A DNA stretch of 53,941 bases, counting the filler, from Sphacelaria rigidula (taxonomy: Eukaryota), in assembly GCA_964200075.2 (NCBI GenBank). It is 4 parts of 4 records of this genome, joined end to end, with 100 filler letters (N's around TTAATTAATTAA, not from the genome) between each part and the next. Parts side by side here need not be neighbours in the genome. Positions count along the whole stretch, not along the records: positions 1 to 13,413 come from CAXNAA020002896.1; 3 more parts are not named here. One strand, written 5' to 3'. A program made the position numbers and the translations under genes. Every line of letters begins with the position of its first letter. Position 1 is the first letter of the stretch. Positions 1 to 13,413 of this stretch are shown in pieces. The notes under the pieces were generated by a model, which was given only the letters and a program-made list of their open reading frames with translations, searched no databases and was not told the DNA's origin.

Positions 1-939
1 CACTCTCCCCTCTCCGGCTGGTCTTTCCCCTTCCTGCCCCCCACAGACACCAAACCCCAGACGGGCCCCCCCCCCCCCCCCCCCCCGTCTCCTCCCCTTC
101 CCTCCCGCCCCTTTCTACGGGGGGTCATTCTCGCAGTGGCACTCCGGCGCAGGAAAGCACAACCTAACCGCCCGTAATTATCATGAAAATTGCCGTATCG
201 GTGATATTAACTGTACCCAATAAAGGCAGCCACTCCCTCCCCCCCCCCCCTCCACCCCCCCTCTCCCGCCCCCCCGCCCGTACCCCTGCTATCCCCGGAG
301 AAGTGTGGCTCGTGCGATGCAAACACCACAATTTCTTGCTTAAAGATCACTGAGGCACAGGCCTTTGGCGTTGTCTGTGACAAGATGGGGATCACGAGGA
401 AGATTGTCGGAGCTATCGCTAAGCACTCGGAGAAGCCCAAGAGTGCCATTTGTAGGGTGCACTTGGCGGGACGAAGAGTGCTACGGCGGGACGAAGAGTG
501 CTATTACTTCTTCACCCCGGATCACGAGAATGACTGGGGAAGAAGATGTGGCACAAGATATATCATATTATGATATGTAGTGAAGTACTGTAGACAGGAT
601 ATCTTAATATGAGAGAGCGACCTCGCTACTAAACCAGGCCTATCTCATGCACGTCGCCTTGATTTCCTTCACAGTCTACAGTCAGTAGACGTGGGCGAGA
701 CATGTTGAACACACCGCGCGGACACTCCGAGAACGAAGATACAATATACAAGATGTCATTAGGCTGGAACCCACCAATCCAGTCGTGCGGATCACAATGC
801 CCGCCGCCGACAGTTTTTTACATACTGGCTACAGTATGTGACACCTTGTCGTGCCTTTTTGACGGAGAAGTATGCTTCAGATCCACGCCAACAAGGGACC
901 GATATCGGTCAAAGCTAAGCTAAGAAGAATGTTGAGGGG

Positions 940-1150
940 GTGTAATGCGTGGGAGGACCACGTGCCCAGGAGACCGCATCGTAGTTCAAAATATCTCAGG
1001 ATCGACGTGTTTCAAAATCAATTGGGCCAGTCCCTCAGGGACCACACCCCTAACCCTGATCCAAACACTAATCCCGACCCTAACCCTAACCATGGGGATG
1101 TTTGAACCCCGATGCGGTCCCCTAAACACGCGTTCCTCCCACGCATTATA
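940..1150. mobile_element. MITE (GTGTAATGCG...CGCATTA TIRs) with internal degenerate CCCTAA repeats
   Basis: Long imperfect TIRs; a homologous copy lies at 37309-37527 on another contig. Confidence 0.8.
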
Positions 1151-2577
1151 GGAGGGTGCAACCTGCGGTGACCTTGGGCAAATGAAGCCGTGCGCTGGTG
1201 TGTCTTGGGTGTGTGCGAATCTTGATGGAGTTTTCCTCGAAGATGACAACATGGACAACGTGTGTGTTGGAGCATGACACTTTGAATCAACACCTCTCGG
1301 CTGAACAAACGAGAGGGTTGCGCTACACATGATCAATCAGCACGTGATCAGGTGAGGGGACCACCACGAATATGTCTTAGGTGAATTAATGCGAGTCTAG
1401 GAGGAGTTGAAGTTTCAGGCCTACTCATTATGCCCTGACAGTGCAATGCTGTGTGAATCAACAACGCAGTACCCGAACTACCGGTGTTCATGCGCGCTAT
1501 CGTAGATGACGGGATAAAACACCCCCTGATGCTATTCCTTTCGCCCTCGATGTTCCCGACTACTACAGCGTTCCTGACACTGAAAGCCTCAATAACAGAC
1601 ATATTTTACGCATGTGTTCCGATGATATGTCGATGATTGACATTGTTCTACTTCAGGGGGGGAAATAGACTGAATAATATACCATCATGGGGGTGTTGTC
1701 TCGCGTCACCTCCGATAGGTGCATGAGCGCTCGCTCAATCAAGGTCAGCGCGCGTGTTTGTGCGTGTATCGAGTACTGCGTGTCACCTACTGCTGCGTAT
1801 ATAATCTATTTAGACATGCCGTGCAATGGGAATGACCCGTATAAGTTGATGCATGAATTGCCGTGCTTTGCCGGACGTTAGCTAGCAGCTAAAGCTAACG
1901 TGACATCATCAACTGAACGAAGACAGCTTGAACCATGGCGAAGTGCCTCATTTCGGGACAGATATCGCCGACAGATCGCACACCGCTCAAGTGGCAAACC
2001 ACAATACTGTGGTAGTACTGAACGAACACATGGAGTCACGCCCCCCTCCGTAGAAAATTGTAGTCAGGGCCGCACTGCCTGCGGTATACGAGTACCTGTC
2101 GTCAGTATAGACAGTTGTCGCGCGGATCCCAGGAGTCGTTCCGATGTCTCTTCTTCGGCATGAACTGCGGACAGGAAGACCAGGTCGCCCCGCTTCCATC
2201 GCACACGTGTAATCACGTCGTCGCCCGCCGTGCCTTCACTCTACTCGCACCTGGCATAAACACGCACGGGCGTTCGGGTTTCGGCATGCAGTTGCCGTCG
2301 ATTATACAACTAGAGGAAGCCGCCGAGATCCTCGCATGTGGATCCGAGCAAGAGTTTTGTTGTTGTTTCACTTCACATCTTCGACCCAGCGATTTCTCTC
2401 TCAGCTCCGAAGGTAGAAAGTGGGTCAATTGAGCCCCACAGAGAGTGCTGCTGCTACATGCTACATTGTCTGCCGAATCAATCATGGCCGAACGTTGCGA
2501 TCTGTGAGCACAATCATTTTCTCTGTGCGACGTTTCGAGGATAAAGCAGCGATTATGTGTTATTTTGCGGCTAAATA

Positions 2578-4068
2578 AGACCCACTTTTATGGCAAGCAC
2601 GAATCTCGATTTTTTCAAAATCGGGGGGACAGAAAATCGGGGAACGCACTTTATGGACACGGATTTGGACCAAATCGAGGGCCAAATATCGGGGGTTCAC
2701 GATTTCGGAACGTTTAAATCGTTCTGAGATCGTGACTTCCCCCATTTTTCGAGGTGACGTACGTGCATTAACGTACATTGCCAGAGTATGAGGCGTTTGA
2801 TATTTTTGCAAAGGCAGCAGAAGACAGTCTCGTGACCGCACAAGGCGTGCGTACTGCCGCTCCCAGCTGCTGAAGTAACTTCGCACGGGGTTTTACACGG
2901 GGGTAATAAGTGCTGACGCCATATCCCACGGCGATAGTAATATTTTATACTGCGCTGCGCTGCCATATGCATCACTGTAACGAACACTACTGTACTCTCC
3001 TAGCTGTTGCCGCTGTGCTTGAGGGGTGATGTGCGGCACTGCACTACTGAACTCTGCTCGCGCACTGTTTGTTCACTGTTCTCGCAATACCGACTGTGCC
3101 ATCATGTACTGTATTGATGAAGTGTCCTGCACTGTATCACCCCAGGGTATCAAGGCACGACACTGTACTCGAAGGATTTTTTACCGCCTGCCTGCTCATC
3201 GGCTTCATGCACGAGTACGCAGTACCACACTCATGCAAAAAATGACCGTCTGTGTACAGAGCCGTTTCACAAATCTGTGATACTGTACCGTCTGTCCCAT
3301 AAACGGTCCCCCCGAGTTTGAGTCCACGAATTTGAGTCCCCCCGATTCTTTCAAAATCAGGGTCCCAAAAAAATCGATATTCGTTTGTCAATAAAGTGGG
3401 TCTAGTACAGTGTCACAAATTTGTGAAACGGTTCTCTACACAGACGATGATTTTCTGCATGAGTGTGGTACTGCGTACTCGTGCATGAAGCCGAAGAGCA
3501 GGCAGGCGGCGAACAATCCTTCGAGCACAGTGTCGCACCTTGATACCCTAGGGTAGAACAGTGCAGGACACTACATTAGTACAGTACATATAATGCCGTG
3601 TGGTTGTACATGATGGCACAGCCGGTATTGCGAGAACAGTGAGCAAACTGCGCGAGCAGAGTTCAGTAGTGTACTGTAGTGCTGTACATCACCCCTCAAG
3701 TACAGCGACAACAGCTAGAAGAGTACAGTAGCGTTCGTTAGAGTGATACATATGGCAGCGCAGCGCAGCATAAAATGTTACTATGGCCGCAGGGTACGGC
3801 GTCAGCGCTTTATCCGCTTGTCAAACCCCGTGGGAAGTTGCTGTCACGAGACTGTCTTCTGCTTCGGTTGCAAAAATATCAAACGCCTCGTACTCTAGCA
3901 ATGTACGTCAATGCACGTACGTCACCTCAAAAAAATTGGGGGAAGTCACGATCTCGGAACGGTTTTCCCCCGATTTTTTTCGAAAAATCGGGGGAAAACC
4001 GTTCCGAGATCGTGACCCCCTGATTTTGAAAAAATCGAGAGTCGTGCCTGCCATAAAGGTGGGTCTAA
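2578..4068. mobile_element. Non-autonomous TIR element (AGACCCAC...GTGGGTCT, 2578-3402) abutting an inverted truncated copy (3404-4068)
   Basis: 2578-3288 is the imperfect reverse complement of 3404-4068; the terminal motif occurs at ~2578, ~3395-3402 and ~4060-4067. Confidence 0.8.
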
Positions 4069-4770
4069 CACACTAAAAAACAGCACTGCATCATCGGCTT
4101 AGCTGGCCGCCACACCGTTTTCCTCTCTCACCAAACATAGCCGCTGCTCAGCTCCGAAGCTTTGAGTACTCTGTACGTGCATTTGCATATGTTAGCAGCT
4201 ATATCTATTGACGGACGAGCACGAAGGTGCAAACAGTCAGTACTCCACGTGCACAATGGAACGGGTTCGAGAAATACAATATGTACGACCCCACCTTGGT
4301 TCTGCGGCAAACCTCCTCCATTTTTGTCGGGAATTTGAAAGTTTGTTGAGGTTCTGCAGTGGGAAGGAACCTACGGTGAACCGACTAGCAGACGACACAT
4401 AACGTGGACAGCTGAGCTGAGCTCAGCTGAAGGATCGAGCACAAAGCGCGAGTAAGCACAACAGCTACGACCCGTTGTGCCCCGCTTCGGTCACAGCACG
4501 GCCATTTTCCTGGCCGGCGTGCATAATACATGTGTAGGCACAGCACCCGACATTTCGTCTTTCCTGTACAAACCCACAGGGAAACACCAGGGGATAGATA
4601 TGAATTAAACCCCTCCGCTCCTACAGTATAATAGTACATTTCGCTAATAATAATCGTATGTAATATGATAATGCTGATGCTGATGCTGATAAACAACTGC
4701 GTCGGTGTGCGAATGTATCAAACACTATCTGTTCGTCGCTCGTGGGGATGACATTCCCAGGGTGTACAGC

Positions 4771-7700
4771 ATGTGGCTAGCACACAGCAGCGCGGCCGCA
4801 GCGGCGGCGGCGGCCCTCAGCTTCGGTGCAACTGCTATGTTGGTAGCCCCCGCAAGCTCCTTCATGGTACCACCGGCGTTGAACGGGCATCACAGTGCAG
4901 CGGCGTTACGGGCTCAAGGGCCGGGGGCCGGGGTATCTCCATCGGCAGGCTTTGCCCGGCGGAGCGGTTTGAGTGCGACGACCATGGGAGCAGACCTATT
5001 CAGTGAGCGAGAGAGTGACCTCGCAACAATGATGTTTCTCGAGATATGTGTGTAGGGAGGTTTTGCGGTGTAATGCCGAGCACTGTATGTGTTTGTGTAT
5101 TGCGAGCTGTCTGCCAGCTATGGTCCTCATTACTCAGGTCTGGTCCTCAGTCTGAAGGGGTCATTAACCCATGCATCTCTCGAATGGTGCCCTGCCTTGC
5201 ACTACGTTTATATCGAGCATTGAATGAGCGCCCCCGCAGTCCATCGACTTCCATCAATTTATTGTGCTACTAAAGTGTTCGCTCTCGCTCGTACTTGTCT
5301 CGGACAGCGGAAACCGTGAAAAGAAAAAATGAGGAATTTTACGGTCGGGATTCGTTTCGACGGAATGCCGCCAAACTGCATCAGCGTCCGTGTGTCGGCT
5401 TGATTACATCAGAGCGTTCATTGTGCTGCGATTTTGATGCGTTCACGGCATAGTGAACTGTGTCCAGCAGACTGTACCGAACACCCAGAAGCATGGTTGA
5501 TGTGGAGATTACGTGAGTTTCGTCGGCTGAGTGTGAAGAAAGTCACGTCATAATGGCCTCATATTCGCGTTCGTCATTATTCAGCTGTCTATAGTGTGGC
5601 CCCTTGTGCGCAACGGTGCATGGTCGATATGCGGCTGGAATTTGGGTCAGGGTTAGGGCTGGGGTTGGGTGGATTTGGGTTGGGGTGGGGTGGTCGGATG
5701 CTCAAATAGTGGCACGAGGAACCACCGTGTAGAAACACGTTCATCTCATTGGGTAGAGGTTCGGTAAAGAGCTCTCCCTGTATCACTGCAGATGCTTTTA
5801 GCAATGTGCGCAGGATTTGGCGTGTTTACGATAAAGATGACAAAACTCCTCCAGCGTGATTTCAGTTTTTTTTCAACATCAGTGTGCATGTGTGCTGAAC
5901 CCGTACCGTGATTCCGGAGGGAACGTTTTTTTTCACTGCTTACACTGCAAAATCATCCAAGTCGCGCAAGCTGGGGAGGAGGGGTCTCAGCGTTAATACA
6001 GAGCGCAGTCATGGGTTTTACTCTTGAGCTGTTCCCCGCATGGTGCGGCTGGTTCGGAGATGATGAAAAAAAATGCACTACGGTATATATTGTGAGTGGC
6101 TAGATTTTCCCTGGATGACTGTGGCAAGCTGATCGAAGTTCGCAAAGTCGGCAGGAATCACCTTAGATCTGTCTGGACGTTTCATCGGGTAATTACGGCG
6201 GTGTCCGACGGTTCGCGGTCTCCCCTCCTTATCGCCATTCTTCGCTCTTCGCTTTACGCCACGCTGGTGTCGTTGCTGTCCTGTTCCTTGGGGCTGGTGG
6301 TGGCTCGCAGAGAAAGGCCCTATAGAAAAGGTGGACTGCGCAGTCGTGGGCTCCGGCATCAGGTCAGCCCTCCTGTTTTTATTTTTTATGTTTTGCTTTT
6401 ATTGTTTTTGTGTTTCTTGTTTAACGTATTGGGTTTGCCACCATCGATCCTTGTGTGGATCGCAAGCGAGAAAAAACAGCAGTAGCCTGGCTGCCGAGCT
6501 CATAGAGTGAGTGGCGTGTTTTACAGCGTCGTTGCCAACCGATGCCAACTGTCAAAGGGGGAGGGAAGGGGGGGTACACATGATCTTGACGGTGTAGTCA
6601 TACGGGCACTGATCTCGTATCCCTACAAAGCGGGGATGAAGCACGCCGGGCTTTCGCCGGGCCAGGCTCGCGATCAGTCACCAAGCGCGAAGCGCCGTAA
6701 CGTGTTCGGGGGAGGGACGGGATCATTCACAGGTGTTCAGCAAATTCATTTTTGTTGATTTTTGTTAGCGCGCGCAACTACTCCAGATATTGGGTTAGAC
6801 CCATCAAGATCAAAGGAAAACAAGAGTGTATGCACTACAGAAAATCCGTGGCCGTAGTGACAAAAGGAGTCCGCGTGGGAGGGGGTGTCTACTAATCCTG
6901 TGTGATGGGCTACGTCACCGTCTTCAATGTCATTCGCCGTGAAGTCGCGTCGGCACGTTGGTACACGGGATAGGCCAGCGGTGTCACCCTTTTTATAAAC
7001 CTTTTGCCGCTATGGCGTGTCGTCTGGACCTTCCAGTCAAGCATTTTTGAGGTCGAAAGGATGCTGATTCAGAAGATGATCCACCCCGCTGATAAGGGGG
7101 TTACTGTAAAGTGACCTCTGTTGCAATCGGTATAAGAAGCCGTTTCCTTTTAATTGGAAAAAAAAAGTACCACTACTTTGGTCATGTTCCAGACGTTTTC
7201 CCCCCATCACAAAGACACTGTTAGTGGTATCGACCCTCGCATGTGGCCTATCCAAAAATCACAGCACAAATCCCCCCGGAGACAAAAAGCCCTTGGGCCT
7301 ACCCTTACAGCCCGGCCATTGGTGAATTTGACGCACGTTTTGCTCTTCAGCTTTTGCAGTGAGAAATTGTAGTATGATGAATATGCGGTACACCGCAGTT
7401 CGCGATGACCTGGCTGCAAAGTTGCACTTCGAATATACGAGACGCGAACACACGGCGCGTTTCAATACCCTGACAGACCAAACCGCTCACACAAATCTCG
7501 CCCTACCTAGTATCCGAAATTGGAATCGTGGAGTACCGTGCCAGCTGGAGTAGTGTGTTGCGTCATGCAAATTAGCATTTCAAAACTACGAGACGCGGAA
7601 ACATGACGCGTTTCAGTACACCCACAGACCAAACCGCTCGTACACACCACGCGCTACCCAGTATTCACGATTGGAATTATGGAGTACCGGAAGCTCACCG

Positions 7701-10700
7701 CGTGCAGCCAAACTTTTGTGCCATCTCGAGTAGTGTGTTGCATTAGAAGTTAGTTGGAGGTTGCCGAAAGGCATGTGGGTGCTGGTTTGAGAGCGTTCGC
7801 ACGTGTAATACAGACGAGCAATGCTACGGTAGAGGTGGACCTTTTCGCGAAATATTGTCTAGTTCAGGGGCTCCTAACGATTCTAGATCCACAAGAATAT
7901 GGGTCAGGGCATCCCCGTCTGCATATTTATTCGGGATACCCCCAGCACATTGGAGTAGTAATCCTGTCGTATTTTCACATCTTTTCATGGGTGGTGTTTT
8001 GCAGGAGATCAAGGGCTCCTAACAACTCTAAGCTTGGAAAATATTTGTGCACCCCTACCGTAGCATCACTCAGACACAATATTTTGTTTCATTACCCCAC
8101 AGGCAGTACAGCATAGCACTTTTCTAGCAGCGTCTCGCTTGCTTGCGCTACCCTACAGCTAAGGTTGTTCAATTCTTGCATCTGTTCTCAGAACTTGCAC
8201 GGTGAAGACGAATCAGTGTTCATACCAGTTGACTCCCCATGAAATGAGAGGATTCAACCGTATGCCGACTGTTGGTCCAGCATAAACCCGAGCGTGGATA
8301 ACATATGTAGTGGAGTCATCTCCAGCGCATTACAGATGGGAGAAAAGTACGCGTGATTCAAGGCTCATGAAATGAGAGGATCCAACCGTGTGCCGACTCT
8401 TCGTCCCGCACGAATCACACATGGTACACATGTATATGCCTTTCACGCCTCATGAAATCAAGAGTGGGTGGCATGTACAATCGGTTCATTCCTTACGACC
8501 TACAGTGGATGAATATGTGCCCATGCTTTACCTCGTATGAATGGAAGGTAGGAAACGGGTACCTTTGACGGTGTACTGCACGACTCAAGAGCTCAAAACC
8601 TGTATAAATTACAAATGGTGTACGAATTGTATGATTTATTTATTAAATCATGTCTTTTTCCCCCATTTTTTTTTTTCTTGTACCGGAGATTTCAGGACCT
8701 GCTGTTGTACCCATGGTAAAATTGTAGCCATTTAATCTACCGGACGGTCATCACCGCATGCGGTCTAGCTTATAATGCAGTGTGTTGGTAAGGGACGTGT
8801 TGGAGGTTGCCACATGGATCGACAGACTGTACAGTACCGCAGAGCTATTTTGCATACCGTACAGACAGTACAACAGCTACCGCGGCGCCCTGGTGGTGCA
8901 ATGGTACAGGTGACGCCGTGGGGGTGAAAAGAGCGTGAGTTCGATTCCCGGTTGATGCGCTTCTGTTTTCTCTCGAAGAGTAAAATATCCAATCTCTGTC
9001 GTTGTACGTGAGTAGCAAAGTATTTGACTGAGTTCTGTTTCACGAGCGTCGACGCGGTGCGGGAGTACGGATAGTCATGACCCAACCCGCGAGACCAGAA
9101 TGCAAGGCGTGTGCAGGAGGGAGACGGGTTGATCCCTTGAGCCTGCGGACTCCTCCCGACGAAGGTTGGGGGCTCGAAGTGTGACGGAAAGCAAAAAAAA
9201 GGAGAAGACAAGAGGTGGCTACGGTAGTACAGTAAGTGGTGTGCGTGCCATTCATGTACACAAATCATGAGGCGGGCGGAGCGGAATATCGCCACCCAAC
9301 CTACCCATGGGTCGCTAGGGATGAGGCCGTGCCGGCAAAGGTGCACTCGCAGCATCTGGCGCGCGGGGATTTAATTAACCCTTTGACCCCCAGAATGTGT
9401 CATTATCTATCAGACCGGCGTCGTTCTCACTCGAAAAAGGAACGAAATGAGAAGTTGAATGATACGCCCTGATGGCCAAGGGTTAAACTGATGAGCGGAA
9501 CTGCTTCCGCGTTCCACTGGTCGGGCGGCATATTTGGTTCTGCCAGCCTTGGCGAGGGCGGCTCAATGGTTGTCGGGTTTCTCGATGAGTAGTATGCAGG
9601 CGGAGTACTTCGAACACGGTTCGTAATATCAACAACGAACAGGCGATCTTGAAAAACGGGGAGGAGATTTTGCTATGGTTTTACTATGATTTCACTATGG
9701 GAAGGAGATTTTCAAGGTTGTTCTCTGTAGGGCCATTTTCTGTATACCCAGGGTATTTTCCTGGGTATTCACCGTACCCGACAGTTCTGTAAGCTCTGTT
9801 ATATTTCCATACCCTCACCCGATAGTTCTGTGAGTTCTGTGAGCCTCCCTCACTGTTACCGCGTGGGCACGGGTATGCTCTTGATAAGATACCCGGTTGC
9901 GGGTACGGTTTTCTGTGCAACCTCCATACCCTACCCGACAGTTTCTGTGAGTTCTGTACAGAATGTATTCGCTTACCCGGAGCGCGGGTATGACCTTGAA
10001 GAAATACCCGATTGCCGGTACGATTTTCTTCGAGCCTCCCATACCCTACCTGACAAATTCTTGAATTTCTGTGAGACTTCCAACGCGGTTCCCGTCAGTT
10101 GCTTTTCTGTACAATAATTTCATACCAGCACCCGATCTTCCTGTAAGTTCTGTAAGAAATCTCATACCCTACAAAATGCAACCTTGGATGTTTTACTGTG
10201 GGAAGAAGATTTTCCTTTGAAAACAAGATTTTCATGTGGGACCGAGATTTTTCTATGGGAACGCACTAAGGTCGAATTTATAAATGATATTGAACCTAGT
10301 GCCCGTAAAACATGCGGTGAAGGAAAACATCTTTTCGCGGGAACTAGGTTTCAATATCATGAACATATCCCTCCGTTTGTTCCCTTAGGGAAGTCTCGTT
10401 CTCATTTTTCAGCATCAAGATCAAGTACCCTACAGAACATACCCGTACCTTACCAAACACAACCTTGGATATTCAATATGTGAAGGAGATTTTACTGGGG
10501 GAGCAAGATTTTCCTGTCGGAGCAAGATTTTTCTATGGGAACGCACTGAAGTCGAAATTCTGAATGATAATCAACCTAGTGCCCATCAAACGTGCGTTGA
10601 AGGCAGGCATCTCTTAGCGGAAGCTAGGTTTCAATATCATGAACAAATTCGACCCGTGTTCGTTCCCGTAAGGGAAATCTCGTTTCGATTTTTCAGGACC

Positions 10701-12472
10701 AAGATTAAGTAATGTCCTTTTCTTCCCGACCTTCTTTTTCAACACCAAAAAAAGCAAATCCGGACAAGACGGTCGCGTCTTGCAGCGTGACTTTGACTTC
10801 GAGTGCCCTCCGGTGTCTTGTCTATCCGAAAATCTAGGCGGTTCTCTGTTGTTCATGAACTCTGTATCTCCGCAATGGTACTTTACCTCTGTTCTGGATT
10901 GCCATTTTTTTTTTCTCTCAACTTTTGGCTTCAGCCCAATCGAATATTGCTGCTAAAACATGAAAGCACTGGCGTTTAGAGTATGTCCGGAAGGACATGG
11001 TCTCGACCGCGGGTCCGAATATATCTGTTGCTCCTTTTTTTTTCTCCCGTGTCGTATTTTACTCACTGCAATACAAGTAGTGGACAACAAATATCATACA
11101 GTTTGGCCCTTCATACCGCATTTGTGTTGCCATTGCTGACCCTTTGGGAGCCCATTGACGATTTTTGTTTTTGTGAATCGGGATCATTTTCAGTCATTTT
11201 CCAGTCAAAATGATGCTGATTCACGGAAACAAAAATCGTTGATGGGTTCCAAATGGGTTAACCCGTAACTGGTTATTGTCCAGTTCCGGTCCGGGTCCAT
11301 TGGTCGATTGTACACTGCACGTATTGCAACAGCACAATTTCTTCTGAAAAACAATCCCATCATGCCTTTAGTCCGGCGTCTCAACTCATTTCATTCTCTT
11401 TGTATGTGTGGCCGCTTTTCGTTCTGCTTCCCTTTCGTCTACTCTCTCGCGATGACACCCCTGAATAAACATCCTAGCATACCTTTTTGTTCCCGCGTCT
11501 CACCCATTCTACTCTTTGCTTCGTGTAATATCAATAAACTAATCTCTCTTACTTTCTCTTTCTCGTGCTCTCTCTCTCTCTCTCAAGCCCTCAGAGCTGT
11601 TCAGCAGCGAGTGTTTCTGTTTCCTGTTTTTTTCTTTTAATTTTCCTCAAGGCACACTTTTCCTGTGACAGCTACTGTTGGACTCGTCATGGCAGGGTAG
11701 CTATCCCTTTTGACCGCAGGACGGATTATCCGAATCTTTTACGATTCGGATGAATCATCATCGCCGGTTCGAATCACCAAATCCACGATTTTTGAGGCCT
11801 GATTTCTCACCAAGGAGAAAAAAATTGACCGCTGGTCCAAGAAGTCTCCACGCAATTTTTGCGCCATTCCACGTGCCTGGGCTGCGCGTACCTGGGCCGC
11901 AACGCTGAAAACAAAGCCAAAGGGTTGATTCGTACGGTGCGAATCAATTACACTTAAATCAAGTAGTTTCCAGACGAATCATTGATTCGTCCGACCCTTG
12001 AAGTCTTTCACTTGTTTTTCGAGCGAAAATGATGTCGACCGCAGTGATTTTACTGCAGGGGTGCACGTTTCAGTCCAAACGTTTTCTGAGGCTGCACGCT
12101 AAGGATAAGATGTTTGTCACCGAGAAGCTTTTAAAGTGAAGAGCCTCAGAAGAAAATTGTGCACCCCTACCGTAGGACCGCTCACTGAACAGATGAGCCA
12201 CCCTGGCGGTCGAAGGGCTAATGTGACACGAGTCGATCAATCAAGCAGTCAATCGATCAACCAATTACATGCGTGGACACGCCAGGGCTTGGAAACGCAG
12301 CAACCATGATGACCCCGTTTATCCGGTGCCGTTGCCCATCGTGAACACCCTTCCCTCGCGGTATCAGCGGAAGCACACTGGGGTTCTACCTGGACCGCAA
12401 GGGCGTTGACTGCGTGGTGTTGGAGGCGAGGGATCAAGTCGGCGGCAACGTCATCTCCAAATTTGAAGACGG
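4771..12472 (+). CDS. PPOX: Plastid-targeted protoporphyrinogen IX oxidase (HemY/PPO1 type), 5' part; truncated by the contig end
   Basis: Exons 4771-5002, 6311-6362 and 12368-12472 join in frame over GT-AG introns (phases 1 and 2) to give [35 protein letters not shown]...[59 protein letters not shown]. The FAD-binding GxGxxG and EARDxVGGN.I match the N-terminus of plant/algal PPO1 (recognised from memory, no search run). Downstream exons are not present. Confidence 0.88.
7430..7742. repeat. Tandem diverged duplication (~150 bp)
   Basis: ACGAGACGCG...CAGACCAAACCGCTC...GGAGTACCG...GAGTAGTGTGTTGC occurs twice. Confidence 0.7.
8883..9200 (+). mobile_element. tRNA-derived SINE, family 1
   Basis: A box TGGTGCAATGG and B box GAGTTCGATTCCC, followed by a body (GACGCGGTGCGGGAGT...GATAGTCATGACCCAACCCGCGAGACCA) shared with 19250-19548 and partly with 46240-46436. 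Confidence 0.75.
9379..9482. mobile_element. piggyBac-like MITE
   Basis: TTAA-CCCTTTG...CAAGGG-TTAA: CCC/GGG termini with a perfect TTAA duplication. Confidence 0.7.
9713..10467. mobile_element. TIR element family CAAGGTTGTGTT...AACACAACCTTG with internal subrepeats
   Basis: Internal repeats of CCCGACAGTTCTGTGAGTTCTG; homologous copies at 24037-24376, 25040-25595 and 30657-31130. Confidence 0.8.
10187..10712. repeat. Local diverged direct duplication (~230 bp)
   Basis: GATTTTTCTATGGGAACGCACT...CTAGGTTTCAATATCATGAACA...TTTTTCAG occurs at ~10245-10425 and ~10525-10710. Confidence 0.75.
11140..11257. mobile_element. piggyBac-like hairpin MITE
   Basis: Near-palindrome CCCTTTGGGAGCCCATTG...GATGGGTTCCAAATGGG-TTAA; homologous to 22193-22310. 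Confidence 0.75.
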
Positions 12473-13413
12473 GTGAGAGACGGCCAGACACAATAAAAGA
12501 GCGAATGCGATGAGTTGTATTATATACACACACACGCGCGCGCACAGAAGTATCTGGTCGCCGCTGCTAAAAGCGTAAAAAAGCGTGAAGTCGACGCGGT
12601 ACGAGAGTGCTGATGGTCATCATCCAACCCACGATGATATCAAAGTGCAAGGTGCGTATGGGGGGAGGGGGGGGGGTAGATGGGTTGATCCCCGGAGACC
12701 ACGAATTATTCCCGAAGAACAGCAAGGGAAGGGGTTTCATGTGTGATGGAAAAAAAAAGTACTATAGACCGCACCCCCCCCCGCCCTTCTCTCCGTCCAT
12801 GCGACGTCAATGGTATCATGACTATGGCATGCAAGATCATGAGTACCCCCCTCCCCCCCTCTTCGTCCTTTCCCTCTCCTGGGAACAACTTCGTAGTTTT
12901 AACGAATGGACCTATCTCTCACACAACACACGCGTGTACCTTGCACTCTATTTTCGTCTATTCATGGAGCGTTGGGTGAGGACTCCCGCACCCCATCCAC
13001 CTTCGCTCGCGGGATCATTTTCGTCGACTCCTCTGCTTACGTTTATTATTGTACCTGAGAGAGGACTCCATTCTAAGTGTTGTAGGGATTCAGACGATCG
13101 AGTAATCCATCCGCACATGAAGAGTTATCGTGTCTTGATATGTCTTGATGTGTCGTTTTGATCACCGGAGCATGATGGGTGCCGGAGCATGATGGGTGCC
13201 GGATGGCATGGTCGTGTTTTTCGACGACCGCGTGCGATGAAGCAGGAGGGAAGCGTAGAGGAGGGAGTATGATGACGTTGTGACGTTGTGCATAAAGAGC
13301 AAAGTACGGTGCATGCGTTTTTTTTTGTAGAAGTCGAATGGGCGAAATGTTGACCCACCCGCCCCCCCCACCCCCCCCCCCCCCCCCCCTCACTCCACCC
13401 CCACCTTCCAACG

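Noticed and set aside
295..573. Coding-like fragment at the window start
   Set aside because: No recognisable motif and no splice partner; contains a short tandem duplication.
8883..8955. Functional tRNA gene
   Set aside because: A/B boxes are present but there is no clean cloverleaf, and it continues into a shared repeat body; SINE head.
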